Shown: positions 35,939 through 54,137, numbered from the stretch's first letter. The stretch is 64,000 bases of DNA from the human T2T-CHM13v2.0 reference genome, Homo sapiens (GCF_009914755.1 NC_060932.1), one strand, 5' to 3'. A program made the numbers and translations. The notes: generated from the letters alone by a model not told the origin.

Positions 35939-36575
35939 TAACATTAAATGGATAGCAGTGTTCATATTCAAGTGGGAACAAAGACCATATCCTCATTTTT
36001 TCATCTGGAACAAACATTATCGGCAGTTTAATTAAAATTAATTACTACAACCAAAACGATAATGAACTGTTTAGAGACTTCAATTCATACTTTTGAGCGA
36101 TTGCTCAAAAGCACTTATCAATCTTGAGAAGATATATCCTTGAGGCTTAGTATGACAGCACTGTGAGTTGCCCTTCTGGGTTAAATTATACCAACAAGAT
36201 TCTCTTGGTAATTCAAATGTAACTGCTTTTGTATGAGAAATGACTTAGGCCAAATTCTACACTAAAGTAGGTCATGTGAAAGGGAGGATTCATTTCAGTA
36301 TTTTTGGAATTATCAGAATGAAATATGAAGATGGTAAAACAACTTAGGAACCTGAACAAAAAAGTAAGTATGATAGGGGAAAAGGAAAGCACGTGTATTT
36401 TAGTCGTAGGTGAAAGAAATAAGAAAAGCGAATGAGAAATATTTCAAGAACGGGAATAATCTGAAACTTTATCAGTGTTCTCTCACTAATCAGGCTATAT
36501 TTCTTATTTCTTTTGGGTACCATTATTTTTTTTTTCCCACTGAAGTGATATAAGCATTATAGTACTATATGGCTA

Positions 36576-36966
<391 letters not shown>

Positions 36967-37533
36967 CTATTGGTATGTGACAATGTTTTGGGATCTCTTT
37001 GTGCTCCTGCAGCTCCTTATTTCAGTCTTGAAGGTGGAGATGGTAAGAATAGGGGTGGACTAGCCAAAGGCCAGCTCAACCTTCTCCTTTATTATGTCAA
37101 AATTCAGCCACCTTTTTGGTAACTATAGAATTTTCTTGAAAAAGACAATAAGCAGAAAGTAAAAATTCACCCTTTAGATTTGTTGATACACAATTTACTA
37201 TGGCTCCCCAGAATCACAGTATAATCTTTGCTTAAATTTACTGCCACTCCCCAGAATCTCAATGAATCTTTGCATAACATGGCAAACAATTTAATTAGGA
37301 CTTTCAAAAGAAGAAAAATGCAATCTGGATGCTGCTCTTACTGTATCTACTCTTGTTTCATTTATATAATATTTGCTTGGAATTACAGATCAAAATGAGT
37401 TTCTAATAATAAAACTGAGTTCATCAGGTCTATATTACATAATTTTAAGAGGGCTTAAAAGCTCCTGAGGCATCACCATATTGATAAACAAGTAAAACAT
37501 CCTTTCCAGCACGTTTTGATAATGGAGATACTA

Positions 37534-37825
<292 letters not shown>

Positions 37826-38199
37826 AAGAATATCCTTAAATGGGATTATTTTTCAAACTAGTTTCTGAAGTCAAAGCAGAACTATAAAGCGATGGAAACA
37901 GTCATAGGTTTACGGCTATTACAATTCCTGATGCGAACTCAGGTTCTGTTTTTAGTAATTTAGAGTCTTCCAAAAGAGTAGCTCTTGATGCATATAACGC
38001 TAATTAAGGTGGGAGAGTTGTTTGGATGTTAGAAGTACTGTCACTTAATATTAATATAAGAGGGTATTTTCTCCCCCTGCATTCTTACTACAGGTTTGCT
38101 GCCATGATTTTAATAGTAGTTATGTGTCAATCAAGATATTCAGTGACGATCTGCTTATTTCTTGCCTGTTTTAAAAAAGTATCATCAGGCAATAAAAGA

Positions 38200-38840
<641 letters not shown>

Positions 38841-39213
38841 ATGCATTGTAATGAAACACGACATTCCTTCTAAAGCATCAGAAATTGCTTAGCATTTTTC
38901 TTTTTTCTTTTTTTTTTTTTTCATTTCAAAACTTCTCCCTTCAAATCACCACATAGAGAACAACACGCCCTGGAAAGGGATTCATGACTAATTATCTATG
39001 GAGGACACGGGTTTTATATCAGGGGCTACTAGTGGAGCAACAGGACACCACCAGTAGAGAAAGGAGACTGATGCACTTAACACTTACAGGTGGGAAGGAA
39101 ACAAGATTTTACCTTATGCCTCTTGGTGCACAATCAAGTGTATACATGGTCTATCACACTTCAAAATCACGTTGAATGCCAGTGTCTGGGAGCCTAACTT
39201 ATGACTACCTTAC

Positions 39214-39296
39214 CACTTCAAATATAAGGGGCCACTCGTTCATCAGCTTTAAAGAGGTTACATTCAGAGTCAAATAGCCAATGAATTCCCAGTTTC
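39214..39296 (-). CDS. Putative 83-nt internal exon of the unidentified minus-strand gene
   Basis: Acceptor gttatttctgtag, donor GTG|gtaagg. One frame is fully open (NWEFIGYLTLNVTSLKLMNEWPLIFEV); the other frames give ETGNSLAI* and KLGIHWLFDSECNLFKADERVAPYI*. Confidence 0.6.
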
Positions 39297-39448
39297 CTAC
39301 AGAAATAACTTTATTACACTACCTGACAATTCTAAAAATAAGTAAGTGAGAAAATTCTATTGGTTTTGAGAAGAAAACAATAATGACCTTGACAGAATTC
39401 ATCCACGTCATGCCAAATTCATCTACAAAATTAAAACTGTCATCAGAA

Positions 39449-39682
39449 GGCTGGGTGTGGTAGCTCACGGCTGTAATCCCAGCACTTTGAGAGGGCGAGG
39501 AGGGTGGATCACAAGGTCAGGAGATTGAGACGAGCCATGGCCAACATGGTGAAACCCTGTCTCTACTAAAAATATAAAAATTAGCGAGGCGTGGTGGTGG
39601 GCGCCTGTGGTCCCGGCTACTCGGGAGACTGAGGCAAGAGAATAGCTCCGTCTCAAAACAAAAACAAAAACAAAAACAAAAA
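39449..39682 (+). mobile_element. AluS with deletion in the right arm
   Basis: gaggcaagagaat is joined almost directly to ctccgtctcaaaa; flanked by tcatcagaag repeats. Confidence 0.88.
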
Positions 39683-41444
39683 CACCCTATCATCAGAAGT
39701 CAGACAATTATTTCTCTAATTTACTTCTTTTTGTAATTCCAAGTGAAACACACCAAAGGCTTTTGCTGTCCCAAATCCACCTATAACATACAAAGACATC
39801 TAAAACATGTAATTTTACTATTCATTATCATCTCCACCTTAGGTTAGAGGGGAAAAATAAAAATAGTGAGCAATTTCCCTAGTACAATGCTGGGCCTATG
39901 GGAGGAACTCAATCCATATTTGTTGACTGAATAAACGAATGTTCTTGTTCCCCTTGAACTGCCATTTCTTACCTCACACAGTGTCTTCTAACTCAACATT
40001 ACACATTCAATATGGTTAAAAAGGAAAAGCATAGGCACATACTTAGTTTTTTTTAAAAAGCTCTGAAACTCCCAAGCCACACATTATATTGCTACTGCTA
40101 TTATGCTATTAACATAAAAATTGCATAAATATATCTTGACCCAATTGTAAAAATGATAAATTGATACAAGACAACAGATTCTTAGCTATCAAATCTTCCT
40201 TTTAAAAACTCAATTAGTGACACTGAAGGACATTATTTGCCTCTCTAGAATGAACAATAAAAAGTTTTGGGATCAACAAAAAGGACAGTCATGTGCTGTT
40301 TCATGTAAACATTTCTGAGGGCAAGAGGAATCATTAGTATCAAAGGAAAATAGAGTTCTAAGAGCTAGATTATAGAAAAAAATATAGTTCAAATATGAAA
40401 GAGGAAAATATCAGTATTAAGATGGTGGTCTGGTAAAAGCTGTTTTATGACAGTCACTGGGGCCTAAATTATAATGGTTCTTTACTATCCTGAAATTGAA
40501 GATTAAAGTGTGATCAACCTTTAAAAAGCTATTTTTTTCAGAGTCAAATGACCCGCTAACATACTCTTATAATAATGTTTTCAACTTGAAAATAAAGAGG
40601 TGAGAAAACTCTTCGAGTTGAAGGATAAAAACAAATATTCTGAATGACGTCTATATAATCTCACTGATTCTGAAGCAAAATCAGTGTAATAAGAAAAACA
40701 GACACTGAACAGTGGAAGTACCACTTAATATAGTTCAAGTTCTGAAAGACTAGTTAAATGATGTCAAAGTCATACAAATATTTTTCCTATCTCTTGTAAA
40801 ATGAGGGTGTCATATTACCCCCAAAGACACCTTCAGGCAAAAAACCATCAAAATCGATGGTAGATCTAGATGAGAAAAACTGTAGGTACTAGGAAGTAGG
40901 TGAATGTAATACTTTTAGCGCTGCAGCAATTGGTCCCTCAATCATGCAAACAGCCTAATGATTCTCTTTTTTTAAAAAAAGAAAAAAACAAAGCTGTTCT
41001 GATTTCCTCCAGGAATAAATCTATGCTTCAATTATTTTCCAGTCTGTGGATAGTTTATTCATTTTCTTAATGGTGTCTTTGGATGAGTAGGAAATTTTAA
41101 TTTTGATGGAGTCTAATGTATTGTTTTTTTCTCTTATAGTTAGTGCTTTTTGTTTCCTGTGCAAGAAATTTTTGCCTGCACAATTGTGCACTTTTATATT
41201 TGACTGAAAACAGTTTTATGAGATTATAAGCAGCCCAATTCCCTTGCAGCTGCTACACCTAAAGGTTCCTATGGTAAAAGGAGGCTCCCTTTGAACTTTG
41301 CATAATGTTGTTATACTTTCCAGGGAACCATCCATTTCGTGGGTTGGGAAGAATTAATAATGATGTTAACTAATATTTGTTAAATGCTTTGATTATGTGA
41401 CATTTCGTTAACAGCCTTATGTACCTGAAGGCATTTAACTTTCT

Positions 41445-41735
41445 GTTTTTTGAGATGGAATCTTGCTCTGTTGCCCAGCCTGGAGTGCAGTGGCATGATC
41501 TCGGCTCGCTGCCACTGCAACCTCCGCCTCCTGGGTTCAAGCGATTCTCCTGACTCAGCCTCCCGAGTAGCTGGGATTACAGCTGCGTGCCACCACGCCT
41601 GGTTAATTTTTGTATTTTTAGTAAAGATGGGGTTTCACCATGTTGGCCAGGCTGGTCTTGAATGCCTGACCTCAAGTGAGGCCCACCAAGGCCTCCCAAA
41701 GTGCTGGGATTACAGGCGTGAGCCACTGCACCTGG
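41445..41735 (-). mobile_element. AluS
   Basis: Dimeric Alu; TSD gcatttaacttt. Confidence 0.93.
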
Positions 41736-42278
41736 TTGCATTTAACTTTTTTAAGAGAATTCTGGTTTACTCTAGGTTCTGTGAGGGCAGGGAACTTTAT
41801 GTTTTGTTATCAATATAATTCCCTGAACTTTAAAGATTGACCAGCACATAGTAGGTGATTGATGAATATACAATAAATGATGAATGAATTCTCACAACTC
41901 TATACAGTTACATAAACTGCTCCAAATTTCACAATAAATGACAGAATTTGGACTTGAACCCAGGACTGGCTGACACCAAGGTCTGTTCTGTTTGCACTTT
42001 ATACTAGGCCACTGAGATTGCCTGATAACTTTAGGGGATCCAATACCTAAAAATAGAGCTGAAATTACTGCCATTGCTTAAGGGGGTAGAGGAAGTGGAT
42101 TAAAGTCATTGTTGTTTTCTTCTCCCGGCAAAAGGCAAGTGTGGAACTCCTATTAAGCTCCTCTGTGATAATCTTAGCCATATTGATCTGACTTTTATAT
42201 TTATAACTATATGATAATTTGTGCAGATTTAGCCAATATGAAACTTCTGTGGCCATAAATACAGAAACAGAATAATTC

Positions 42279-42633
<355 letters not shown>

Positions 42634-43034
42634 TTAGCCTGCCAGTTCCTCAGTGATGCTACAAAACCATGGTTAACTGGGAATGTCAGGGAGCGAAGTC
42701 ATTTACTTAACAGCAATTCCTAGCTAACAGTATGCTTTTAATCCTATTGAAATGGAAATATTTCTAACATGTATTATTTCGATTTTCTGCTTTAATAAAT
42801 ACAACATAATAAATGTGATTAAATTTTGCATGCACAAATGAGAATACTGCAGTGCTCTAGGGCCTTCACTGTCAACAACTGTAATGATGGTACTGATGCA
42901 GATGAAGAACAGTGGGTTCTTGAGTTGATTTCATAAAACCTGGATCATTCCTTTCAAACAGGTTTCTGAAAAAGTCTGCTTCTAACTTATCATGTGGTCA
43001 TTTATCTCTTGTTCATAAGCATGTAGAGGGAAAA

Positions 43035-43265
43035 CCAGTCTAGGGAACATAGTGAGACCCTGTGTCCACAAAAAATAGGAAAAATAGCTGGGCATGGTGG
43101 TGCATGCCTGTAGTACCAGCTACTCAGGAGTCTGAGGCGGGAGGATCACTTAAGCCCCAGAAGTCAAGGCTGCAGTGAGCCGTCACTGCACCACTGCACT
43201 CCGGCCTGGGTGACAAAGCAAGACCCTGTCTTGAAAAAATAAAAAATAAAAAAATAATAAAAAAT
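43035..43265 (+). mobile_element. AluJ, 5'-truncated
   Basis: Starts within the left arm; A-rich tail. Confidence 0.88.
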
Positions 43266-45764
43266 GGAATGCAGGGAAAAGATTTACTCGCTGTTTAATT
43301 AACCAAACTTATTATGCAAATGTAGTTTTACATCTTAAATCCTCTAAACGATATCACTTTTAGAGGGCTATTCTGCAAAGCAGGTGCCATGACAAGACTT
43401 GGGTTAACAGGTGAGGAAACGTCAAGTTCTGGAAGGTTAGCTAAGGTGGGAAGCTCAGGCAGGGAGTCTTAAGCACAGAGGACAAAGGCTCAGAGTTTGA
43501 GGCAGAGGCTGAGGTCGGCAAGCAGCTGGTGCACAGACATGAGCACCAATGAGTTGCTAGGCCTTCTGCCAGGGCCAAAACCAAGAGTTTACTGAGTGCA
43601 GAATTGAGCCTAAAGATGTGATGAAAGCAACAAAATACCTAGAATGCATTTCAAAAAAACTCTTTAAATGAGCTATAAACATATATGCTTAATTTTGCCA
43701 AATTTTGATTTCAAGTTTACCTCTTTAAATTTCTATGTTATTATTAATATAAAAGGCTTCAATGAGCAGTGGGCTTGTTAAAACCCTGGTATTTTTATTA
43801 GGCAGCTAAGTGATTACAGCAAACCATTTCACCTGCTGGGCTTTGGTTTTCTTCATCTGTTAAGTGGGGACAGTGATATTGAACTAATCTAAATCAGGAG
43901 TTTCATCAGGGTAAAATGAGGTATAATAGAAAAAAGAACTTGGAAAATGATTTTAACGTATATGTAAATTATTATAATTTAAAATTACACATTCTTTTTA
44001 TATTTAATTGAATTAGAAAATATTTCATAATTAATGACCAGTTATGGAAAACTTTCAGGACAAATTTTTGGTACTCATGATTAACTGAATTTATCTATTA
44101 ATTGTCTTCATTGCAATGTCTCTACAGTGAAAATTATTACAACTGTGGATTTACTGACACAGAGGTGTTAGTAAATCTCATTTGGTTGGCTAAGACATTG
44201 GTGAGATAGTCATCATAGCTGAGAACACTGATGGATTTTTGTCAATCCAAACATATGAGGAGAAAAAGAATTTGTGAATATACTGAATATGCAATGAGAG
44301 TGAAATAAAATTAGTGATGATGAATACAAAAGCCTGGGGCAGGAAGGGCTAACATGTGACATGTATATAGCTACTCCTTGCTTTCCTCATCTAACTGCCC
44401 CATCAACATACAGAAATCATCGCAGTCTTTTACCATGGGCCTGAATGGAGCTTCACAATCATCTCCAACCTAGGACTCAGGTAGTCATTACCACTTGAAC
44501 ACAATGGCACATGAAATGAAACAGAATAGTTATTTTCACCCTAGGACATCAAGGCAGATTTGGAATGAGGAAGACAGAATTATTGTTTAAAATAGTATCA
44601 TTGTATTTCTCTAAATCTGCATCAATGAAATATATTTTGAGCACTATGACAGTATGTAGATAATCATATTTAAAGGATAAATTGATAAGGGAAAAATAAT
44701 GCATAGCATTTTATACTAGATAGCTTTAAATACACTTCCATATGTACCAACAAACTGTCTAGCACATGGCAGATAATCAAATAAATATCTGTTGAATGAA
44801 CAAAATGATACTGTAATTAGGCTCCAAAAGCTGCTTTGAATCAAATAACTTTGGACATGGCACACTTAAAGCTAATGGCAGTGAAATATTTGTCTTTCCT
44901 AAGTTATTGTATCCCTAGACCCTAGCACAGAACCTGGCAAAAAGTAGCTACTCAATGTCCATTGAATGAGTAGAGGAACAACATCACTTATCCATTAAGC
45001 AAGGGAAAGAATATTTCTGAAATAAAATTTAGGGTGTGCAGGCAACAAATCATCCTTTAATTGTGAGTCATCTTTGAAATAAAGATGACATAGCATTTTT
45101 GGTTAGGTTTTAAAACTATCGCTTTCATTAACAATTGTCGCCATTTAGATTTGTCTGTTAAGTACCGTGATTCTGAAGCAACAAGATTTCAAAGACAAAA
45201 CAGGAACAGGAATGCTGGTGATTAAGTGAAAAGAGATGATTTAAGTAATCAGCCCAGTGCAAGGTGGAGAGGGGAATACAAAAGAGGAAGAAACTGTCTC
45301 TGCTTTTAAACTTAAATGCAAGTTAAGGAGTTAGGATTTTTCAAATGGGAAACTTAAGTTTAAAATATACTCCAACAAGTTTTAGGTTGTGTGTCTAAAA
45401 AAATCTCTTGGAACTGGAAGAATTGCCTCTTTAAAACTTTTGTGTACAGGGCCAAAAGATAAGTCTTATTGATTATATATATAATATATCATGATCAACT
45501 AGTTTTTGTGTTAGTTCCAAGATAATTTATATGTAAAATTAAAATGGCAGGGTAAAAATGGGAACTGGGCAAATTAGGCAGAGAAGCAGCATACTGCAAC
45601 ACTGTAAAGTGGCCATAACTAAATATGAACCATGCCAAGAAGGAAAGGATGGTCAATAAATGTCAGATGAGAGACGAAACCAAGGGGAGTGGGAAGAAAA
45701 TGAGAAAAGGCCAAAGAAGAAAGTAGAAACTAACTTTAAGAGAAGTTTCACTGACTTCAGGGAT

Positions 45765-45900
45765 ACAGAAATTGAAGGGGTTCTTAGAGATCATCACTCT
45801 GATCCAATTCCCTCAATTTATGGATAAGCAAGCTGGGGTCCACAGAGGCTAAATGACTTGCCCCAGGCCCAGCTAGAAGGCATAGAGCCAAGGCTTCTGA
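45765..45900 (-). mobile_element. MIR fragment
   Basis: cttagagatcatc...ctggggtccacagaggctaaatgacttgcccc. Confidence 0.6.
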
Positions 45901-46591
45901 AAGACAGTGCATCATCTCCATATCACACTACTGCACACTATGAAGTCAGCAGCAAGACTGCAAGGATTTTTTAAAACAAATTTCTGAATGATTGAAATAG
46001 TAGTCCAAATAATACACAACTAATTTTTGGAGTTTATTAATTATAGCATAGATATACTGAGTAATGTAGCATTCACGTTCACTTTATAGTTATTTTGTGA
46101 CAAATTTAATAAGTAATCATTTAGAATTGAGTTATTAAGAATCTAATTTAAGAATCAAGTTGTGTTTACCCAAGATTAATTTTTTATATAAATATAAAAC
46201 ATTTGCATCAAATAAAATGTAGATTTTATTTAATATGCTTCAAGTCAGATGCAAATCACCTTAACAGAGGGCACTGCTTGAATTAGAGCTTGGTATGTCA
46301 TTAAATATAATATTTGGGCCTTTGAAAAAGTGAGTCAAACAATAAATGGTGATCAACAAACCAAATCACATAGTTACCTAGTGACCCAAAAACTTGCTTA
46401 AAGAGGAGTACGGTTTAATAACGCTTGAAGAAAAATAATGCAAACTAACTTTAGTCATTATAAATCTTACAGTCATTCTTCATTCTAAGTTTAATATAAT
46501 AATTGATATATTTGGTAAATATGTATGAAGTAAAGGCTCAGAACTTGGGGAATTTTCAGGCTGGAATTCATTGTACCATATAAAGGTTCCT

Positions 46592-46901
<310 letters not shown>

Positions 46902-48269
46902 TTAGTGTCCAGCTTAGGTTAGAAGCTGAAAATTGAGGGGAGGTTAAGTTCTGACATCACGTGCTCTGAGGAACGCATGGAATTAAATAAACTTCTGTGA
47001 TTTTGGGGTGGTATGATGATCAATGAGGAAAGATCTTAAAGAGTGAGAGGAGCGCTGAAAACAAAAAAAGGTTAATTGCCTGGAACATTACTGAATCAGC
47101 TGCAACACAACTCCTTCACTAAATCTTTTCAACTCAAGGAGTATTTTTTCTCCCAGAAAATATTTCTAATTTTATAATGGAAATCAAAGAAAAAATGAGA
47201 TTCAATAATACCAATATGTTGCAGCAGATCATTAAAAAAATCTGAATTATTCCAGATTATGGAATTATTTAAAATAGTTCAATACAAATAGCATTTTTCT
47301 GAAAAACTCATAAGGTAGCACTGATACAAATTGTTAAATTCATGAAACGAAGACTTAGTTATCATTATCCAAGAGTCATGATCAATCAGTTTTTGTGCTA
47401 GCTCTGAAATAATTTAGGCCAAGAAAAGACAGATGTTTTTCCCTATGGGAGGATCATAAGCAGCATACTCATAATTATAGCATTTTTGGTTATTTAGATG
47501 TGTATTGCTTATAAGACTTTAAGCTTTTATTGATTTCTTAAAAAAATTTTAATAACAGAGGAAGAGAAATGTTTCAAAAGAAAAACTTTTACAGAATAAG
47601 AGTTTAAAAAATTTATTTCTCGGGTTGAGTATTTTCTTACTGCCAAAGATTTTGAAAATAACATTTGAAACAGTTCATTTGCAGAAAAATACATTTTTAT
47701 TTTTTACCTATTTCCTCCCAAATTGTGTTTCTATTAAAGCTGTTTAAAGGTAAACCATTTTATACTGAATAAGCAAAGATTATTAAATCATTTAGTAAAC
47801 ACTAATTTGTCAAATTCCAGAAAAACTTCCAATCTACTACTTACGTTATAAAGTGTTATGGTAAAACAGTCTTAGAATGTAGACAGGAAAAAGCCAAGGA
47901 AATTCTAGGATTTAAGCCTAATTGCCCTGGTAACTCTAAACTTAAACCTTCAACAAACAAATAAAATACCAAACCAGCCAGGAAGCATAAAGTGAGATCC
48001 ATAGGTCTCAAGAGGAATAAAGGCTTACCTCCCCCTGTAAATCAGTGGAAAAGCTTCCAGGATAAAATACCTTCACTCAAAGATTATAAGCATATCTTAT
48101 TAGCACAATTGCTTTGTAATTGTAAATCTTTTTGCATGTGAGAATTCTAACAATACAGGAGATAAGCTTTATACTTGGAGAGCTAAATAGCAATAACTGT
48201 AAACCCATTATGGATGGGAGAAAGGTTAAGAAAACATATTGCTTATTTTAAAGAAAAGGTTGAGAAGAA

Positions 48270-48482
48270 AGTGTAATGGTAGTTGCCAGGCTTGCGGGGG
48301 AAAGGAAGATGGGGAGTTGTTCAATGGATATAGCTTTTCAGTTTTGCAGGACAAAAAAGTTCTGGAGATTGGTTGCATGACAAGGTGAATATACTTAACG
48401 CTACTGAACACAACATTACTGAACACTTAGAAATGCTTAAGATGGTAAATTTTATGCTATGCATTTTTTTAACCACAATTGA
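48270..48482 (+). mobile_element. L1MB-type 3' end fragment
   Basis: aatggtagttgccagg...ggggagttgttcaatgg...agttctggagat...gatggtaaattttatg. Confidence 0.8.
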
Positions 48483-48904
48483 AAACAAACACACAAACAA
48501 ACAAACACACCACCACCAGAAGTGAGGCATTCAAAGATTAACTAGATTGACTAAGGCAATTTTTTTCTACTCCTGATAAATGATAGGTTTATACTGCATA
48601 TATATTTTAAAAAAAAAAGAGGTTGAGAAATGTCATTTGAGACGTAAAGGGTCAACTTTTGAGACTGAAAGACCAGTCGCTTGGCTCTGAAGACTCTGAA
48701 TGTTTGGTTGTGAAATCCAGGGAGTATGAAACCAGTGGACTGATGTCAAGTAAGACCAGACAGACAGAACTTGAGTTTAGGAGGCGGGTGAGAAACTGGC
48801 ATTTCCAGTAATCACTGCCCAGAAAGCTGGCCAATATGATAGCATACAAAATCTTAAACACCTGGATTTATGCATTTAGCCTCTCTGTGTTTAAAGTGAG
48901 CCCT

Positions 48905-49591
<687 letters not shown>

Positions 49592-49779
49592 TTATTAATA
49601 TTGTAACCAAAAAAATCATCATTCCATGGTGTCATGACTGACAGTATTTAAAACTTAAGCAATTTGTGCTGGAAAAACGATATGGAAGAAAGAATGCAAG
49701 TCTAACAAGAAACAAAAAAAAAAAAAAAAAAAAAAAAAAAAGAAAGAACGCAAGTCCACAGTCTAAGTGAATGACAAAG

Positions 49780-49940
49780 AGTGGCTTCCAGACCACTTGT
49801 ATCAGAATGAGTAAGACGATGAAAAATGCCAATTTCTGAACCCCTCTCTTGAACCAATCAAATCAGAATCTCTGAGGATGGGGACCAAACCTGTATTTTT
49901 ATTTAATACACCTGCACACTTGTGTTTGAGAATCACTGGA
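49780..49940. mobile_element. MER5-type hAT DNA transposon fragment
   Basis: aatcagaatctctgaggatggggacc...tgtttgagaatcactgg. Confidence 0.6.
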
Positions 49941-50871
49941 CTAAATTTTAAAGGATGCAACTGCTGTCATTTTAATGGGGGTTAGAACTCATTAGAAGCA
50001 AATGTAGAGTTTAATACTTAAGAGTATCTTTGATGACATCATCATGGCCATCATTCTAGTTTCTCAGAGGCATAGTGGAGATGCTCTGCTCTTTTAAAGG
50101 AGAGATGATCAAAAGAAAAAAGAAAAAAGGAAAGAGATTTCAAATAATCTCTTTCACATATTAGAAGAGACACATTCCAGGTGAGTCACATGGTAGTTTG
50201 TGCTGCAACTGCCAGCTATCTGGCTAAGCTAGAAATTTTTAGAGCTACAATGAAAACTTTTATGTCTCTAAAGCAGGAATGATAAATAGCAAATATTTGG
50301 CATGAACACTGTTTTTTCCCTCTCCCTGTAGATACAAACACAGCACTTTAGGGCAGCCAATCAATTGCAAATACAAGCGAGATGAAACCCATTTACCACT
50401 ACTTCTCCAGGGACAAGAAAAAGGTGAATAGGATTGGGATCTCTTTTAAAAATTTTTACATATATATGTAAAAAATTGTATATATATGCATGTGCAATAT
50501 ATGTATGTTTAATATATATTACACATACTCTCTATAAGAGATTATATATCTATATCTATATCTATCTATTATATATAAAGGGTATGTAATATTTATCTGG
50601 AGGAATAAAATTTGCTTAGCCAAATATTTAGAAATGTGCAATATAGTTTATAGATGTTTGTGTGATAACATTTAAATCACTCAGATCTCTCCATAAAAGC
50701 TACTATTTGCCCACTTGAAATCTGGAAATGTTACAGTATCACAAGAAAGCACAGATGATTAGAAGAAGTGACAAGAAAAAAGTGGACACCACCAGGCAGA
50801 ATCGAGTTTCATATGAATTCACTAGGTCCTGAATTTAGATATGATTGCATTTGTAGCAATAATGAACTTAC

Positions 50872-50886
50872 TTGGAAACTTGTTGT
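50872..50886 (-). CDS. Putative 15-nt microexon ACAACAAGTTTCCAA
   Basis: Acceptor ctaatttcatcttaaattttttgttttag with an AG-free run of about 39 nt; donor CAA|gtaagt; length divisible by 3; no stop in any frame. Confidence 0.6.
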
Positions 50887-52016
50887 CTAAAACAAAAAAT
50901 TTAAGATGAAATTAGCAAACGATGTTGCTTCTTTCCACCTTAATTAGCAGTGCAAGAAAAAATGGAGAAAGATATTATAGATGTTTCGACTTTTAAACAG
51001 AATTTAATGTGAATTTTATAAAGAAAAAATTTGATAATATCCAATAATTTGGTTTTCCAATTTACCCTATTGCCTCTTGTGTCATTCTAAATAAACCGAC
51101 AGCAGGTACTTTTGAAATAGCACTATAAATACTAAATTTATTCCTTCATATTTTTGAAAACAGATTGAAAGTGAAAAGTTTCTTTGAAGATTATAAAAGG
51201 TAGACTTAATCTTACAGAATAAATTTCATAAATTCTATTTAACTAGTCATTTAATTAATAAAGTTCATGAAAATTTAAAACCTAGTTCTTACGTTGTTTT
51301 GCAATAACAAAGGATGGGAAGAAGGATTTCTTTTCTTTATATGTTTTCACAATAATATTAGAAAATTTGAAATCACACTTCTTTATCCAAACCAGTAAAT
51401 TAACAGAAGGCCTGAAGGCAAAAGTTCCAATGATTATTTCCAATAAATTCTGAATCCCTCAGAGTGGAGAAGAATCTGAGCCATAACAATTCACCTTTTC
51501 TGATTTATTAATTCCCTTTATGCATCCCACATTCAGTGCGTGCCTAAATAATTAATTCCAGGAGCAGAGAAGTCATGCAATCCTTAAAGTTTGCCCTAAT
51601 GTTGAGCTGAAGTCTACTATAAATTTATTCTGCCTGAAGCCTACTCAAAGTATAATTCTAACACTTAATTTTTTTAAATCTAAAATTTATCTTGTAGCCA
51701 TAATGCAAATGAATAGAGAATTTTTAAAAAAGTTACATTGCCTGTAATGATCCATTTGAGTTTGTGACTATCTCTGTTATGTCAGCAGTTAGTTAATCAT
51801 TTTCACAATTAGGAACTCATTCAGTGTTCTGGAGTGCTAATCATTCAAAGGTAGTAGCTGTTAAGAGAAGTCAATGAACTTGCAGAACTGCCAAATGTCT
51901 ATGTATGAATTAATTTAATACTTCAATACAATGTAATCCACTAGAATGACAGCATTAAGGTTTATATATAGTTATAGATATTATATAGATTTAGACATAA
52001 AATATGGTTTTATTAT

Positions 52017-53230
<1,214 letters not shown>

Positions 53231-53941
53231 TTGAAGACAAAAAAAGGTACTATAAACACAGTACAGTATATAGTTCCTCCATTCTATACGTACAGAGAGG
53301 ATACAGGAAGATGGTAAAAATGCGATATGCTTTTAGAAGAAATTAGTATATTTCTCACCATTTATATATCTTGAGATAATCAGCAATTTAAGCTCTAGCC
53401 TTTAAATTCTGTTTACTTAGCGTATTCTAGTAACTATGAACAATTTGAGCTACATGATGTATGTCACAAAATGGAAAACTAAGGGATTAAATTAATTCCA
53501 AGGTCTTTTAAGTCCTAATATTTAATAGTCATTAAACTTGTATTAATAATTCTTAGGTAGAGAAATTGTTCACTTTTCTTTACCAAGATTTATATACTAT
53601 AATTACAAAATAAATTAAAAATATGCATCAGTCTCCATATATTTAAAAGCTAAGCTTTTCACATGAGGCTTCATAACTGTTAATTCCTATCAGATTTCTC
53701 TCAAGATAGCTGTTGAAAAATGAGAGGGAATCAGAAAGGTTATTCAAAAGGGAAGAAAATAATTTTTTACAAAACTCTGGTCAACTTATTAAAAAGTTGC
53801 TTGTTTCAAGATTTGTAAGCTTGTCAAGGCAGAAGAAGGAGTAGCTCTCAGTCTTCTTTCTACCCAGATACCCTAGTTGTTTTGACCGAGTTTTTCCATC
53901 ACTATCTTCTGTAGCTAAGGTAAAATCTCATCAGCTGACAG

Positions 53942-54137
53942 CAGTGTGGTTCTTAAAGTGCGGTCCCCCTAGATCACAGCATCCACTCTCCTTAGGACTG
54001 TTAGAAATGCATATTCTTGGTCTTCTCCCCACCTCACCAGTCCTACTGAACAGAAACTCTGAGCTGGGGCCAGCAATCTGTGGTTTAACAAACCATCAAG
54101 ATGATTTGTATTCACACTGAAGTTTGAAAATTAGTGC
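53942..54137. mobile_element. MER5A DNA transposon
   Basis: ggttcttaaagtgcggtcc...gttagaaatgca...ctactgaacagaaactctg...ggggccagcaatctgtggtttaacaa...aagtttgaaaa. Confidence 0.85.

Noticed and set aside
42850-42965. Possible minus-strand exon after the acceptor-like tttttcag
   Set aside because: Stops in all three frames and no good donor site.
48652-48861. 69-aa minus-strand ORF in unique sequence
   Set aside because: No recognisable homology and no convincing flanking splice sites.
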